A stretch of DNA of 64,000 nt from Candidatus Bathyarchaeota archaeon (GTDB lineage: Archaea > Thermoproteota > Bathyarchaeia > Bathyarchaeales > Bathycorpusculaceae), in assembly GCA_963770935.1 (NCBI GenBank), contig CAVYRJ010000014.1, positions 32,001 to 96,000 on the forward strand, in the 5' to 3' direction. The position numbers and the translations under genes are program-made. The notes under the pieces were generated by a model, which was given only the letters and a program-made list of their open reading frames with translations, was not told where the DNA came from and ran no database searches. Each line of letters opens with the position of its first letter. Within the stretch, counting starts at the first letter, position 1. Below, one piece after another: positions 9,909 to 20,021 of the stretch.

Positions 9909-10058
9909 TTGCGTAAACAACACAGACCAGAAGGAATGACAACCTCCCCAAACAAGGGCAGTATAGCAAGAAAAGCAAATGCCGCCAATCGTTCGAGACA
10001 GAAGCAAGCCAACGCCAATCGTTCGAGACAGACCCAAGCCGACAATTCAAGGAAGTAA
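9909..10058 (+). CDS. 49-aa basic microprotein with internal repeat (not in ORF track)
   Basis: GGTGA RBS then TTG; MRKQHRPEGMTTSPNKGSIARKANAANRSRQKQANANRSRQTQADNSRK. Confidence 0.5.
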   Translation: MRKQHRPEGMTTSPNKGSIARKANAANRSRQKQANANRSRQTQADNSRK

Positions 10059-10199
10059 AACAGCTTTTAGCAAAATACCAAAAACATCATAGTTGAATGT
10101 AAACATTCGTCTGTGTCTTGTTTGCGGGTTACTGTCAAGTCGGTGCGTCCTAACAGTAAATTCAGAGAAAAGTACACATCAACTATTTACTATTATTAG

Positions 10200-10406
10200 T
10201 TAGTTTTTGGGTGTCTCTTCATTTGAAATGGGTAAAAACGTCTCAATTCTTTTGTTGGTTTTTTGATTTTTCTTTTGGACCTCTTTGAGTCTATATTTGG
10301 AGTCTGTTTTGGGTGTTAAGCTATATGTTTTGGATTTTTTTGTTGTCATTTCTTTTCTGCCTCTAAAAATTTTTTGATTCGAAGAATTTGATTTCTTATC
10401 GGGCAT
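10200..10406 (-). CDS. Lys-rich small hypothetical protein (alternative start at 10349)
   Basis: ORF track; TATA-like CTTATACA upstream on the minus strand. Confidence 0.35.
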   Translation of the reverse strand: MPDKKSNSSNQKIFRGRKEMTTKKSKTYSLTPKTDSKYRLKEVQKKNQKTNKRIETFLPISNEETPKN

Positions 10407-10514
10407 GGAAACATTGTTTCCATTAATCCCTTATCTGAGGTGGTAGTGTATAAGCAGTTTTCGGTTTCGTATATTTCGCAGGGCGGAGGGGATTAAATTT
10501 TAAATAAAAAAATT

Positions 10515-10727
10515 CTATGGCGTGGAAATAGTCAAATAGTTGTTGTTCATTTTGCATGACAACTCTCGTTTTCTTACAAATAGTGCAATTGCGTGGCGGT
10601 CATAATCGCCTCTAATCTGCAATCTATATCTGTCTGGTTCTTTGTGTTCAATAAGAACTAACTTGGGATTAACAAGTTTGTTAGCTCCTAATTCATTTAA
10701 TAAAACTGTTGCCTCTTCCTTCTTCAT
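10515..10727 (-). CDS. Small hypothetical protein
   Basis: GGGGA RBS; 70 aa of globular-looking sequence. Confidence 0.65.
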   Translation of the reverse strand: MKKEEATVLLNELGANKLVNPKLVLIEHKEPDRYRLQIRGDYDRHAIALFVRKRELSCKMNNNYLTISTP

Positions 10728-10930
10728 GTGCTTTTCCCCATGTCGACAATGAGCAGTACAAGATTAAGATTATGCAATTGGATCAAAAAACTAATGGATT
10801 GATTCTGGCAAAAGAAAGTACATGTGGCTGACCTGACCCAAGTCTTTTTTTTAAATAAATTTTAAGCGCAAAAGCAAGCGATACAAAGGCTTAAAACGCC
10901 ACTCTGGCAATATATTTTCTGACAGCGATC

Positions 10931-11377
10931 ATGTATATGATTAAAAAAGTTAACTTGAAACCCATCAATCCTAGCACAATACCTATAACAAAAAGGGCAT
11001 ACAATACATTTTCTATTACACTTTTCTTAGATAACGCGCCTGAAGACGATTGGAAGGGAATTTTCACAGAAGAAGTACAAAGTTTCTTTCAACCGCCTGC
11101 ATCCCCAAAAAGGCAAGGTTTGGCAAATCCCCTCCCCCAAACAACCTATCAAGTTGATTTAGGAGAGGAAACAATTAAACTAATTACGAATTTGGATAAC
11201 TTCCAAAAAGACATCAAAACAGTTATGCGGTTAGTGGAAAGGGTAAACGATAGAGTTGATAAACAAAATTTAGAAGCAAAACATAGAAAGCAAGCAGAAA
11301 AAATGGAGTCTGAAAGAAACCAAAAACTCATAGAGGAAATGCGGGAATCTTTAAGGAAAAATCCGCCAACGCTCTAA
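10931..11377 (+). CDS. Hypothetical protein with C-terminal coiled coil
   Basis: 148-aa ORF with CTTAAAA promoter-like element upstream. Confidence 0.7.
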   Translation: MYMIKKVNLKPINPSTIPITKRAYNTFSITLFLDNAPEDDWKGIFTEEVQSFFQPPASPKRQGLANPLPQTTYQVDLGEETIKLITNLDNFQKDIKTVMRLVERVNDRVDKQNLEAKHRKQAEKMESERNQKLIEEMRESLRKNPPTL

Positions 11378-11528
11378 TAGTCTAACATCCATAACTTCCG
11401 CCAAGGGGTAATGGCTTACTTAATTTTTTTTCTTGAATGGTTAGAATTTAAGAAATTTAGAAACCTTAGCTTATTTTACAAAATTGGAAAACTAATAAAT
11501 TAGGAAATGAAGTATCTTGGTCAAAAGA

Positions 11529-11909
11529 CTATACAAAAATCTTTGATCTTGTGGATATATATGGAGCTACTTGTGGTATTTTGTTGTCGGCTACCATATT
11601 CTTACATATTAAGTTGAGTGAGTTTTCAGTGAAGCTCAGACAGTCTTTTCCTTTGTTAGTTAGATTGTATACTTTTCGTGGTCTTTCTGCATCCATGTTC
11701 CATACGCTCTTTACGTAGCCTTTCTTTTCTAGCAGTCCCAATAAGGGGTAGACGGTGCTTGGTCCAAAATAAACGCCAAAACCCTTGCGGATCGTAGTTA
11801 TAAGCTGGTATCCGTGCATTGATTCGTGTTCTAAATATTGGAGAATAATCATATCTAAGAGGCCCTTAGTGAGTTTTGTTTGGGCTTCTTTTTGATTGTT
11901 AATGTTCAT
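11529..11909 (-). CDS. PadR family transcriptional regulator
   Basis: MHGYQL...GPSTVYPLL..LEKKGYV...RPRKVYNLT.KG. Confidence 0.92.
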   Translation of the reverse strand: MNINNQKEAQTKLTKGLLDMIILQYLEHESMHGYQLITTIRKGFGVYFGPSTVYPLLGLLEKKGYVKSVWNMDAERPRKVYNLTNKGKDCLSFTENSLNLICKNMVADNKIPQVAPYISTRSKIFV

Positions 11910-12319
11910 TTTCTAAGTTTCGCTCCTGATGTTGTGTTGTTAAGGTGCAAAATGTCTTACAAAGACACATCTCTTACGTCTTCATAGTGCGTAAAGTGCC
12001 AGATAAACTCTCGCACATAACCAAAGCATACTAAAACGTCTCATGCAACCTAACTGTCCAACACCAGAACAAGTCAATACGTAAAATATATCTTAAAAAC
12101 ATTATTTCAATCACATGATTCACTTAAAGGGAACTGTACAACAGATAAACAGAAAACTCCCCAAGCTCAAGGCGGGAATGAGCATCTGATATGAAGTACG
12201 ATTCCCTTCCCCGTTAGGGTAAAAGAGGGTGTTTATTTTTTCCCAAGATTCTATATGTAGCAAATCAATAGTTTGAAATAACTCCAAATACGGCTCAAAA
12301 ATAGCCATAACTGGTAAAT

Positions 12320-12430
12320 TGGCGCCGGGAGGGGGATTTGAACCCCCGTGGCCCCGAGAGGCCACAAGCTAATTGGTGCCCCCAAAGAGCATCTCCAGGC
12401 TTGCTCCCTGCCTGGCTAGGAGACCCCGGC
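12320..12430 (-). tRNA. tRNA-Ser(GGA) with 22-nt intron at position 37/38 (12371-12392) and encoded CCA
   Basis: GCCGGGG/TCCCGGC acceptor stem, long variable arm, GGTTCAAATCC T-arm, CAAGC-CTGGAG^A-GCTTG anticodon arm, BHB-like splice motif. Confidence 0.93.
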
Positions 12431-12630
12431 ACAAACTTGACCTATGGTTGGTTTGCACCTTTTCTCTGACCTTTGCAGAATTTAAAGCTTTATTGAACTG
12501 AAGAAAATTTATCTTTATTTAATTGTGCAAACACACAAACATATCTGTTAATTTTATGAGCATTTATTTATTTCATCCGAGTCTATAACAATTTAAAAGC
12601 TAAATAGAATTTAGCGGTCAGCGAACGAAA

Positions 12631-13299
12631 ATGAACAGAAAGAAATTGATGCTGTTGGCGATAGGTTTAGCCATTTTAATTGCATCATCGGGATTAGCGG
12701 CGTTTTACATGTCCACACAGAATAATCCAAAAGACGGTAAAATTCGGGTTGCGTGCGTCGGCGATAGCATCACGGAAGGAACCTATTATCCAATAGATCT
12801 TGAGATTCTGCTTGGCACAAACTATTCTGTAGGCAACTTTGGAGTCGGTGGTTCTGCAGTCTCTTTGGACTCTGGGAAACCATACATGAATGAGGACGCA
12901 TTTCAAGGAGCCAAAGCATTTCAACCCAATATTGTTCTCATCATGCTGGGAGCAAACGACGCTTCCCCACTTAACAGTCCAAGCAACGACAGCTTTGTTG
13001 AGGGATACGTGCAGTTGATTGGAGCATTTCAGATGCTTTCAAGCAAACCCAAAATGTACATTGTGAAGCCGCCGCCAGTTTTCAGCGATGAAACGGGACT
13101 AAATCCTGAATTTTTCTTAAAAAACATAATTCCAAACATTGAAAAGGTAGCAGAGCAAACTAATTTGCCAATAATTGATGTGTACTCGGCTTTAGCTAAT
13201 AACTCGAATTTATTCCCGGATGGAGTCCACCCAAACGCTGAGGGTGCACAATTAATTGCCAACACTATTTACCAAGCAATAACCCAGCACCCAAATTAG
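12631..13299 (+). CDS. SGNH/GDSL hydrolase, secreted or membrane anchored
   Basis: GDSIT, GANDA and DGVHP blocks; N-terminal TM. Confidence 0.92.
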   Translation: MNRKKLMLLAIGLAILIASSGLAAFYMSTQNNPKDGKIRVACVGDSITEGTYYPIDLEILLGTNYSVGNFGVGGSAVSLDSGKPYMNEDAFQGAKAFQPNIVLIMLGANDASPLNSPSNDSFVEGYVQLIGAFQMLSSKPKMYIVKPPPVFSDETGLNPEFFLKNIIPNIEKVAEQTNLPIIDVYSALANNSNLFPDGVHPNAEGAQLIANTIYQAITQHPN

Positions 13300-13422
13300 C
13301 TATTCAGGATTTAACATGTAATTCTTCCAGAGTAGTCTTGTAGAATCATGGAATAATTTAAAATAACTCTTCTTGTTTATATCAGAGAAACACGTAAAGA
13401 AAACACGCAAGGAAGAAATGAC

Positions 13423-13632
13423 ATGAGCGAAGAAGGCGACACATTTTGGGTCTCTTTAGCTGAAAGACTCTTCGGATTACTCCTTATAGTAATTGGGGCA
13501 ATAATGATCTATTTCACAGCAACAAGCTCTGACTCTGCCGCTTTAGGCGGATTTAGCGTGCTATTTGGTGCCCTAAGCGTTATACTTGTGATCTTGGGCA
13601 TTTTCATGTTTCTCGTTAAACCGCCCCAATAG
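13423..13632 (+). CDS. Small two-TM membrane protein
   Basis: Two hydrophobic helices. Confidence 0.7.
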   Translation: MSEEGDTFWVSLAERLFGLLLIVIGAIMIYFTATSSDSAALGGFSVLFGALSVILVILGIFMFLVKPPQ

Positions 13633-13636
13633 ATTT

Positions 13637-13954
13637 CTATTCTCTTCTTTCAACTACAATTCGGCAATTGGCAACTAAAGCAGCGACAACACCTAAAGCC
13701 GCCAACCAAGGAGCCACAATCACTCCAACCACACCAACCGTTGCAGGAATCTCAAGCAAAGTTTTACCTACTTCATTCTTAACAATTACACGCGTCACAT
13801 TTCCCTCATGCAACAATTCCCCAACGCGGTCAACAAGATTTTTTCCCGAAACAGTGAATTCTTCGCGTGTGAACTTGGGAACGGCTGCACCACAAACCGT
13901 ACAAAACTTGTCATTTTCCTTTATTAGAGCGCCACACTTAACACAATAAGGCAA
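13637..13954 (-). CDS. Zinc-ribbon plus DUF4342 domain protein
   Basis: CVKCG..FCTVCG then ELLHEGNVTRVIVK..LLEIP; TTG start after GGTGA. Confidence 0.8.
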   Translation of the reverse strand: MPYCVKCGALIKENDKFCTVCGAAVPKFTREEFTVSGKNLVDRVGELLHEGNVTRVIVKNEVGKTLLEIPATVGVVGVIVAPWLAALGVVAALVANCRIVVERRE

Positions 13955-14106
13955 ATCAATCACCAACCAGAAAAACACATCAACAAAATAAAAACCTTAC
14001 CAACAAAGCAAAACTATACAAACCAGATGCAATAAAATGAGTATTTATTAATCAACACTCATAACAAATCAAACTAACTATCAATTGTTGAGGGAGAAAA
14101 AACTAA

Positions 14107-15891
14107 ATGCCCACGCGCCAACCAATCGTATGCGTTCTTGGTCACGTAGATACAGGTAAAACCTCGTTGCTTGATGAGCTTAGAAAAACCAGTGTTCAAG
14201 CACGCGAAGCCGGTGGAATGACTCAGCATATTGGCGCAAGTTTTTTCCCAGTTGAAACTCTCAAACAACTCATTGGATCATACATCTCAAACTTTAAAAC
14301 TGGAATCGAGATTCCTGGTTTGTTAATCGTTGATACTCCTGGGCATGAAGCGTTCACGAATTTAAGGCGCCGAGGCGGAAGTGTCGCTGATATAGCCATT
14401 CTTGTCGTGGACATCTTGAAGGGCTTTGAAGCGCAAACGTTGGAATGCATTGAAATTCTAAAAGCTCGCAAAACACCCTTCATTGTTGCAGTCAACAAAA
14501 TCGACCGCATTCCAGGCTGGAAACCCCAGCAATCCACACCCTTCCTAAAATCCTTTGGTATGCAGAATAGTTTTGTGCAGGAAGATTTCAACAACCGCCT
14601 CTACCAAGTTATGGGTGAATTCAGCCGCTTAAACTTCAAAACCGACCGCTTCGACCATATCCGCGACTTCACCATTAACATTGCACTTGTGCCTACCAGC
14701 GCCAAAACCGGTGAAGGCTTATCCGAATTAGTTATGGTTCTAGTTGGATTAACTCAGCAGTTCCTAAAGAAGCGGCTGCAAACCACAGATGGCGCAGCAA
14801 AAGGGTCCATTCTCGAAGTTAAAGAGGAACCAGGTTTAGGATTAACGTTAAACGCGATTGTTTATGATGGCACATTGCATAGAGATGATTTGATTGTTGT
14901 CGGGGGCAAAAACGGGCCAATTTCGGCGCGTGTGCGAACGATTTTGGTTCCTAAACCGCTTGATGAGATGCGTGACCCACGCGACAAATTTACCAGTGTT
15001 GAGTGTGTTTATGCAAGTGCAGGTGTGAAAATTGTTGCGCCCGATTTGGATGGGGCTTTGGCTGGAGCACCTTTGTTTGCTGTACCCGAAGGTGAAGACG
15101 TTGGCAAATACTGTAATCTCATCACGGAAGAAATCGGCAGAATCAGGATTACAAAGGAAATCGACGGAGTAATAGTAAAAGCTGACACTTTAGGTTCACT
15201 TGAGGCTATGGCTGAGATTTTAAAGGCCAACAATGTCCAAGTACGGATCGCCGATATTGGCGACATTAGCAAACGTGACGTCATCGAGGCTTCGGTTGTG
15301 AAGACGCGTCAACCCTTAGTTGGTGCAATCCTGGCTTTTGGGGTTAGAGTACTGCCTGATGCTGAAATTGAAGCTGAAGCAAACGGCGTAAAAATCTTCA
15401 AAGACCCAATCATCTACAACCTAATCGATAACTATCTGGAGTGGGCAAAGAATAAGCGGGAAGCTAAAAGCGAAGCAGAGTTTGAAGCGCTTGTTAAACC
15501 AGGAAAACTCACTGTGCTGCCAAACTGCATTTTCCGACGTGCCAAACCAGTTGTTCTGGGTGTGGAGGTGTTAGGTGGTAGAATAAAACCCAAAGTTTCG
15601 CTTTTGCGTGCAGAAGATAACTCAGATTTAGGTGATGTGGATCAGATTCAAGATCAAGGCAAAGCAGTCGGAGAAGCTAAAGTGGGGATGCAAGTGGCGA
15701 TTTCTATGGATAAACCCGTTGCAGGAAGACATGTGTTCGAACGAGATGTTTTGTACGTGAAGGTACCTGAGGCGGACGCGAAAAAACTTTTAACATCACA
15801 CATGGATGATTTGACTGGTGAAGAGCAAGAACTTCTCAAGGAATTCGTAGCATTTATGCGTAAGAAGACACTGTTCTGGGCTGGAGTTTAG
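14107..15891 (+). CDS. infB: Translation initiation factor aIF5B (IF-2)
   Basis: GHVDTGKT, EAGGMTQHIGA, DTPGHEAF, NKID. Confidence 0.97.
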   Translation: MPTRQPIVCVLGHVDTGKTSLLDELRKTSVQAREAGGMTQHIGASFFPVETLKQLIGSYISNFKTGIEIPGLLIVDTPGHEAFTNLRRRGGSVADIAILVVDILKGFEAQTLECIEILKARKTPFIVAVNKIDRIPGWKPQQSTPFLKSFGMQNSFVQEDFNNRLYQVMGEFSRLNFKTDRFDHIRDFTINIALVPTSAKTGEGLSELVMVLVGLTQQFLKKRLQTTDGAAKGSILEVKEEPGLGLTLNAIVYDGTLHRDDLIVVGGKNGPISARVRTILVPKPLDEMRDPRDKFTSVECVYASAGVKIVAPDLDGALAGAPLFAVPEGEDVGKYCNLITEEIGRIRITKEIDGVIVKADTLGSLEAMAEILKANNVQVRIADIGDISKRDVIEASVVKTRQPLVGAILAFGVRVLPDAEIEAEANGVKIFKDPIIYNLIDNYLEWAKNKREAKSEAEFEALVKPGKLTVLPNCIFRRAKPVVLGVEVLGGRIKPKVSLLRAEDNSDLGDVDQIQDQGKAVGEAKVGMQVAISMDKPVAGRHVFERDVLYVKVPEADAKKLLTSHMDDLTGEEQELLKEFVAFMRKKTLFWAGV

Positions 15892-15920
15892 CCCCTTAGC
15901 TTCTTCTTGTTAAAGACAAA

Positions 15921-16232
15921 TTAGCCACCGCCGACAGGTGGAAGAATTGCTAGAACATTACCATCCTTTAGCTCCGTTTCGAGCCCATTGAGTGTTGAGG
16001 TGCTTGTTCCATTGACGAGGAACTGGAGAAAACCTTTGGGGTGACCTGTTTCGTTATTGTAGACATAGTCGGTGAAGGGGTTGCCGTATTTTTTGGAAAG
16101 AGTTTTGAGAATCAAATCCACAGTGACCTTTTCACTGTTTGGAAAAAATAGTGTTTCCTCTCGTTTGTCCACGATTTCTCTTAGACTGGTGAAGAAGCGA
16201 ACTTTAATTTCCACTTTTGACACTTCAAGCAA
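15921..16232 (-). CDS. Ubiquitin-like SAMP/MoaD family protein
   Basis: Beta-grasp pattern ending ILPPVGGG. Confidence 0.9.
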   Translation of the reverse strand: MLEVSKVEIKVRFFTSLREIVDKREETLFFPNSEKVTVDLILKTLSKKYGNPFTDYVYNNETGHPKGFLQFLVNGTSTSTLNGLETELKDGNVLAILPPVGGG

Positions 16233-16341
16233 TTAATAGAAAAATGGAGGAAATTAACTATTATGCAATTTGGGATAGAAAAATTAGAAAGAAACCTTTA
16301 ACATAACTATTAAAAAAGGGAATTGGTAGAAGGCTTGGACA

Positions 16342-17109
16342 ATGAAGTTGAGTTTGTCTAATGGGATTTTCAGCAAACTGCGTTTGGATAGGAACTTTGC
16401 CGCTGTTAACCAGCTTGGATTCGAGAACATTGAGTTTAATATGAAATCGATCAAGAAAGAACATGACACGGACGTTTACCGTGAAAAAGAAGCACTATCT
16501 GCATCGGGCTTGAATTGTTTAACACTTCACTCGGCAGTTCTACATGTCAAAGACCCTATCGAAGTCCATCAGGCGGTTTACTATGGAAAAATCTCACTCG
16601 AATGTGCTCGTGCACTACATGCATCTCTGATGACTGTGCATTCGAATGTTTCAAAGAAAATGCCTAAACCGGTCAGGGAGAGATGTTTGAAGGAAGTTTT
16701 TGGGCAAATCACTCCTTTTGCCAAACAACTGGGCATCAAGTTGTCTTTAGAGAATCTGTCTTATACCTCGACGGGGTTTGGAAAGAACGTCGAGCAGCTT
16801 GAAGAAGTACTGAATATAATCGACCCTGAAGATGAAATGGGGATAACGTTTGATTTGTGCCATGCATTGGAAACCAAAGAAGTGGATAATTTGCTGGAAG
16901 CTTATGGCAAACGCGTTTGCAATGTTCACATGGCAAACAAATCCCATAAACCTTTTACAGAAGAAGCTCCAGAACTGACATCCTTCCTAGCTAAGATGCA
17001 TGAATTTGGCTATAATGGTCCAATAACTCTTGAATTAATACACAACACACCCATGGAAGAAATCGCCAAAACCAAAGCCCTATTCGAAAAAATACTAACG
17101 AAATATTGA
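16342..17109 (+). CDS. Sugar-phosphate isomerase/epimerase (xylose isomerase-like TIM barrel)
   Basis: LENL, FDLCH, NVH, TLE metal-ligand pattern. Confidence 0.85.
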   Translation: MKLSLSNGIFSKLRLDRNFAAVNQLGFENIEFNMKSIKKEHDTDVYREKEALSASGLNCLTLHSAVLHVKDPIEVHQAVYYGKISLECARALHASLMTVHSNVSKKMPKPVRERCLKEVFGQITPFAKQLGIKLSLENLSYTSTGFGKNVEQLEEVLNIIDPEDEMGITFDLCHALETKEVDNLLEAYGKRVCNVHMANKSHKPFTEEAPELTSFLAKMHEFGYNGPITLELIHNTPMEEIAKTKALFEKILTKY

Positions 17110-17124
17110 GCGCTTTTCTTTAAG

Positions 17125-17979
17125 CTACTTTTTGAAACTTACCGCTGCGTACCCAACTACGCTTGAGTTGTCGCCTGTGATGTCGCCGCTGTTATGGTAG
17201 CTTAAGAGCTTGGCTTCTTTTGCGCATATGCCTTGGGCGTAAGTGATTAAGGATGTAATTGGCGCGTAGCCGCATGCAGTGATGTTTTGGGCTTCAACAG
17301 TTTGATAGAAACTTTTTGCGTCCATATTTATTACGGCTTTGAGAGCTAAGTGGTCTTTTTCTGCGGCAACATTAGCTGGTTCATAGTGAGTCATGTCAGA
17401 TGAGGCAATAACGACCGAGTTAGTTGCATCTAAAGCTTCAACTAGAGCTCGTCCAACTTCGACGGCAGAGTCGTAATCTTGCATTAAGAAACATATTGGG
17501 ACGATTTTGAATGCGTTGCCGTAAAGAAACTGGAGAAAGGGAAGTTGAACTTCAAGAGAGTGCTCGTATTTGTGAGCTGTTTCATCCACATCAATGATTT
17601 TGGTTTCATTGAGTATCGCATCAGCTAATGCACCATCGATTTCGACGTCGCCAAGCGGCGTTCGCCAAACGCCCTCCCGCATCAACGCTAACGCGCTACC
17701 GTAGCCTGTGTGGTTGGGACCCAAAAGAACAACCGTGTCAGGTTTGCCATCTTGGGCTAACTCGTTAAAAGCATGTGCCGCTACAGGACCAGAATACATG
17801 TAGCCTGCGTGTGGGCAAATCAAGCCTACGATTCGTCGCGGGTGAATATGAAAATTGGTTTGGGGAATTTTTTTTGGACCAAGTGTATGGAGGAAACAAG
17901 CGCTGATTTGTGCTCTGAGCGCTTCGGCGTTGCCCTCATAAAATTGAGAAGCTACATTTGGACGCCGAATTGTCGGCAA
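17125..17979 (-). CDS. MEMO1 family protein
   Basis: PHAGYMYSG, GPNHTG, EHSLEVQLPFLQ, SSDMTHY, SVVGYA. Confidence 0.95.
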   Translation of the reverse strand: MPTIRRPNVASQFYEGNAEALRAQISACFLHTLGPKKIPQTNFHIHPRRIVGLICPHAGYMYSGPVAAHAFNELAQDGKPDTVVLLGPNHTGYGSALALMREGVWRTPLGDVEIDGALADAILNETKIIDVDETAHKYEHSLEVQLPFLQFLYGNAFKIVPICFLMQDYDSAVEVGRALVEALDATNSVVIASSDMTHYEPANVAAEKDHLALKAVINMDAKSFYQTVEAQNITACGYAPITSLITYAQGICAKEAKLLSYHNSGDITGDNSSVVGYAAVSFKK

Positions 17980-17985
17980 AAAATT

Positions 17986-18750
17986 TTAGGGCTCCTCTTC
18001 CTCTTCGCGTGTCACTTTAGCTTCAAAGTCTTCTATGGTTACTGGTGGATCGCGGTCTGGACCAAGTTCGCCTCTTTCACGGAGCACTTGTCTTGCGAGT
18101 AGCCAGAAGACGACTGCTAGTGCGCGTCTGCCTTTGTTGTTGGTTGGAATGACTAGGTCTACGCCTGCAAACTCGTTGTCTGTGCTGCATAGGGCGACAA
18201 TTGGGATGCCGACTTTGGATGCTTCTTTGACTGCTTGTGCGTCTGCTCTTGGGTCGCAGACAAGGATTACTTCGGGGTCTATGCGGCTTGAGTACTGTGG
18301 ATTGGAGAGTTGTCCGGGGATGAATCTGCCGATGAGCGGTGTTGCGCCTGTTAGTTTGCAGAACATTTTGACTGGTTCGTGGGCGTAAAGCCTGGTGGCT
18401 GCTACTGCTACGCGTGCTGGTTCATAACGTGAGAGGAATTTTCCTGTAACTCTGATTCGGTCATCTGTCTTCTTAACATCCAAAACAAATAAGCCGTCTG
18501 GGCGTACGCGGTAGATGAATGGCTCCATGTCGAGGGTTTTCATCCTGGTTCCGATGTGGATGCCTGCAGAAAGCAGGGTGTCTCTGGGTAAAAGAAGAGT
18601 TTCTTCTGGAGCTTGCGCTTGCTGAGTTTCTACTTCAGCTTCAGACTCAGTACTAACGTTTTCAGTTGTTTCTTCTTCCAAAGGAGCCTCTAATGCTTCC
18701 TCTTGTTGGTCTTCAACTGGTTGATTTTCTTTTCCTTCATCTTCAGACAT
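17986..18750 (-). CDS. rps2: 30S ribosomal protein uS2 with acidic N-terminal extension
   Basis: AGIHIGT, GRFIPG, IPTNNKGRRAL. Confidence 0.96.
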   Translation of the reverse strand: MSEDEGKENQPVEDQQEEALEAPLEEETTENVSTESEAEVETQQAQAPEETLLLPRDTLLSAGIHIGTRMKTLDMEPFIYRVRPDGLFVLDVKKTDDRIRVTGKFLSRYEPARVAVAATRLYAHEPVKMFCKLTGATPLIGRFIPGQLSNPQYSSRIDPEVILVCDPRADAQAVKEASKVGIPIVALCSTDNEFAGVDLVIPTNNKGRRALAVVFWLLARQVLRERGELGPDRDPPVTIEDFEAKVTREEEEEP

Positions 18751-18767
18751 TATTTTTTCATCTTCTC

Positions 18768-20021
18768 TTAGCGTATTTTTAGATCAGCCATTTTGGCTCT
18801 GTTACCAAGGAAATGCTCAATTCGGATGAGCTCATTTAGTTTGGCTATTCGTGCGCCTTCAACAACGCCTGTTTTGACAAGGGGGCACTTGTATGCTACA
18901 GCCAAATGAGCGATGTGCCAATCGCACGTGTCGCCGGAACGGTGGGACACAACAGCATCGTAACCGTGACGTTGGGCGGTTTCGATTGTTTCAGTTGCAT
19001 CGGTTAAGGTGCCTATCTGGTTGACTTTGATGATGATAGCGTTTCCAGCGTTAATCTTAATTCCATTATTTAACCTTTCAGTATTAGTTGTGAACAAATC
19101 GTCTCCGCAAATTAAACAATTCTTAGCTTTGCGGGTCAATTCAGCGAAACTGTCAAAGTCATCTTCATTGAAGGGGTCTTCGACATAGGCAAGATGGTAC
19201 TTTTCGATCAATTCCAGCATATACTCAAGCTGCTCGGCAGTGTCTCGTTTCTTTCCTTCACATTCATAAATGTACTTTTCTTCTTTTGACTTCCAAAATG
19301 AGGAAGCAGCTACGTCTAAGCCAAAACCGCACTCAAAATCCAGTTCGTTGCCGACTTCTTCACAGGCTTTCGCCATAAGCTCAAATGCGTCCACAGTGTC
19401 GATGTTAGCGATCCATGCGCCTTCATCACTTTTTCCCCCATTAAAAGTAGTGCTTTTCTTTTTGAGCAAGTCGCCGATTTTCTTGTGAATTTGTGTGTTT
19501 GCAGTCTGGGCTTCAAGAAAACTTTCTGCACCATGAGGGAGCGCAAGGTACTCTTGAATGTCAGGTGCTTTACCACGGGCATGTGCTCCGCCGCTTATGC
19601 AGTTGCCCAATGGATAAGGCAGGGTGTTTGCGGCGTTTCCGCCGAGAAATTGGAATAAGAGCAAACTATGAGAGTTTGCTGCGGCTTCAGCGTTGGCAAG
19701 GCTGATTGCAAACGCGGTGTTTCCGCCGATGTTCTTGAAGTCGGTAGTGCCGTCTATTTCGTGGAGGGTGTTGTCGATCTCTTCCTGGAAATCAGCGTTG
19801 AGCCCGGCAAGTTCAGGTGCAATTAAGTCGTCAACTTTTTTGATGGCTGCTTCCACACCACCCTGAGGATAATATTCCACCTCAGCTTTTCCGCGGCTTT
19901 TCCCTGCTGGAGCAGCAGCTCTTCCGAACCCGGAAGCAGTGATTACATCGACCTCTATGGTTTCTTCTCCACGATTGTTGAAAATTTTTCTAGCAATGAG
20001 GTCTTCAATGATGGATGACAC
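18768..20021 (-). CDS. eno: Enolase
   Basis: GGAHA, DEG, EDPF, GDDL, IKVNQIGT, SHRSG. Confidence 0.94.
   Translation of the reverse strand: MSSIIEDLIARKIFNNRGEETIEVDVITASGFGRAAAPAGKSRGKAEVEYYPQGGVEAAIKKVDDLIAPELAGLNADFQEEIDNTLHEIDGTTDFKNIGGNTAFAISLANAEAAANSHSLLLFQFLGGNAANTLPYPLGNCISGGAHARGKAPDIQEYLALPHGAESFLEAQTANTQIHKKIGDLLKKKSTTFNGGKSDEGAWIANIDTVDAFELMAKACEEVGNELDFECGFGLDVAASSFWKSKEEKYIYECEGKKRDTAEQLEYMLELIEKYHLAYVEDPFNEDDFDSFAELTRKAKNCLICGDDLFTTNTERLNNGIKINAGNAIIIKVNQIGTLTDATETIETAQRHGYDAVVSHRSGDTCDWHIAHLAVAYKCPLVKTGVVEGARIAKLNELIRIEHFLGNRAKMADLKIR

Noticed and set aside
9981-10045. Mini-CRISPR array
   Set aside because: Only two 19-bp copies 11 bp apart, frame-preserving inside a small ORF, and no cas genes nearby.
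10480-10497. att-site copy of the tRNA-Ser 3' end (GGCGGAGGGGATT)
   Set aside because: Short gapped match only, and no integrase.
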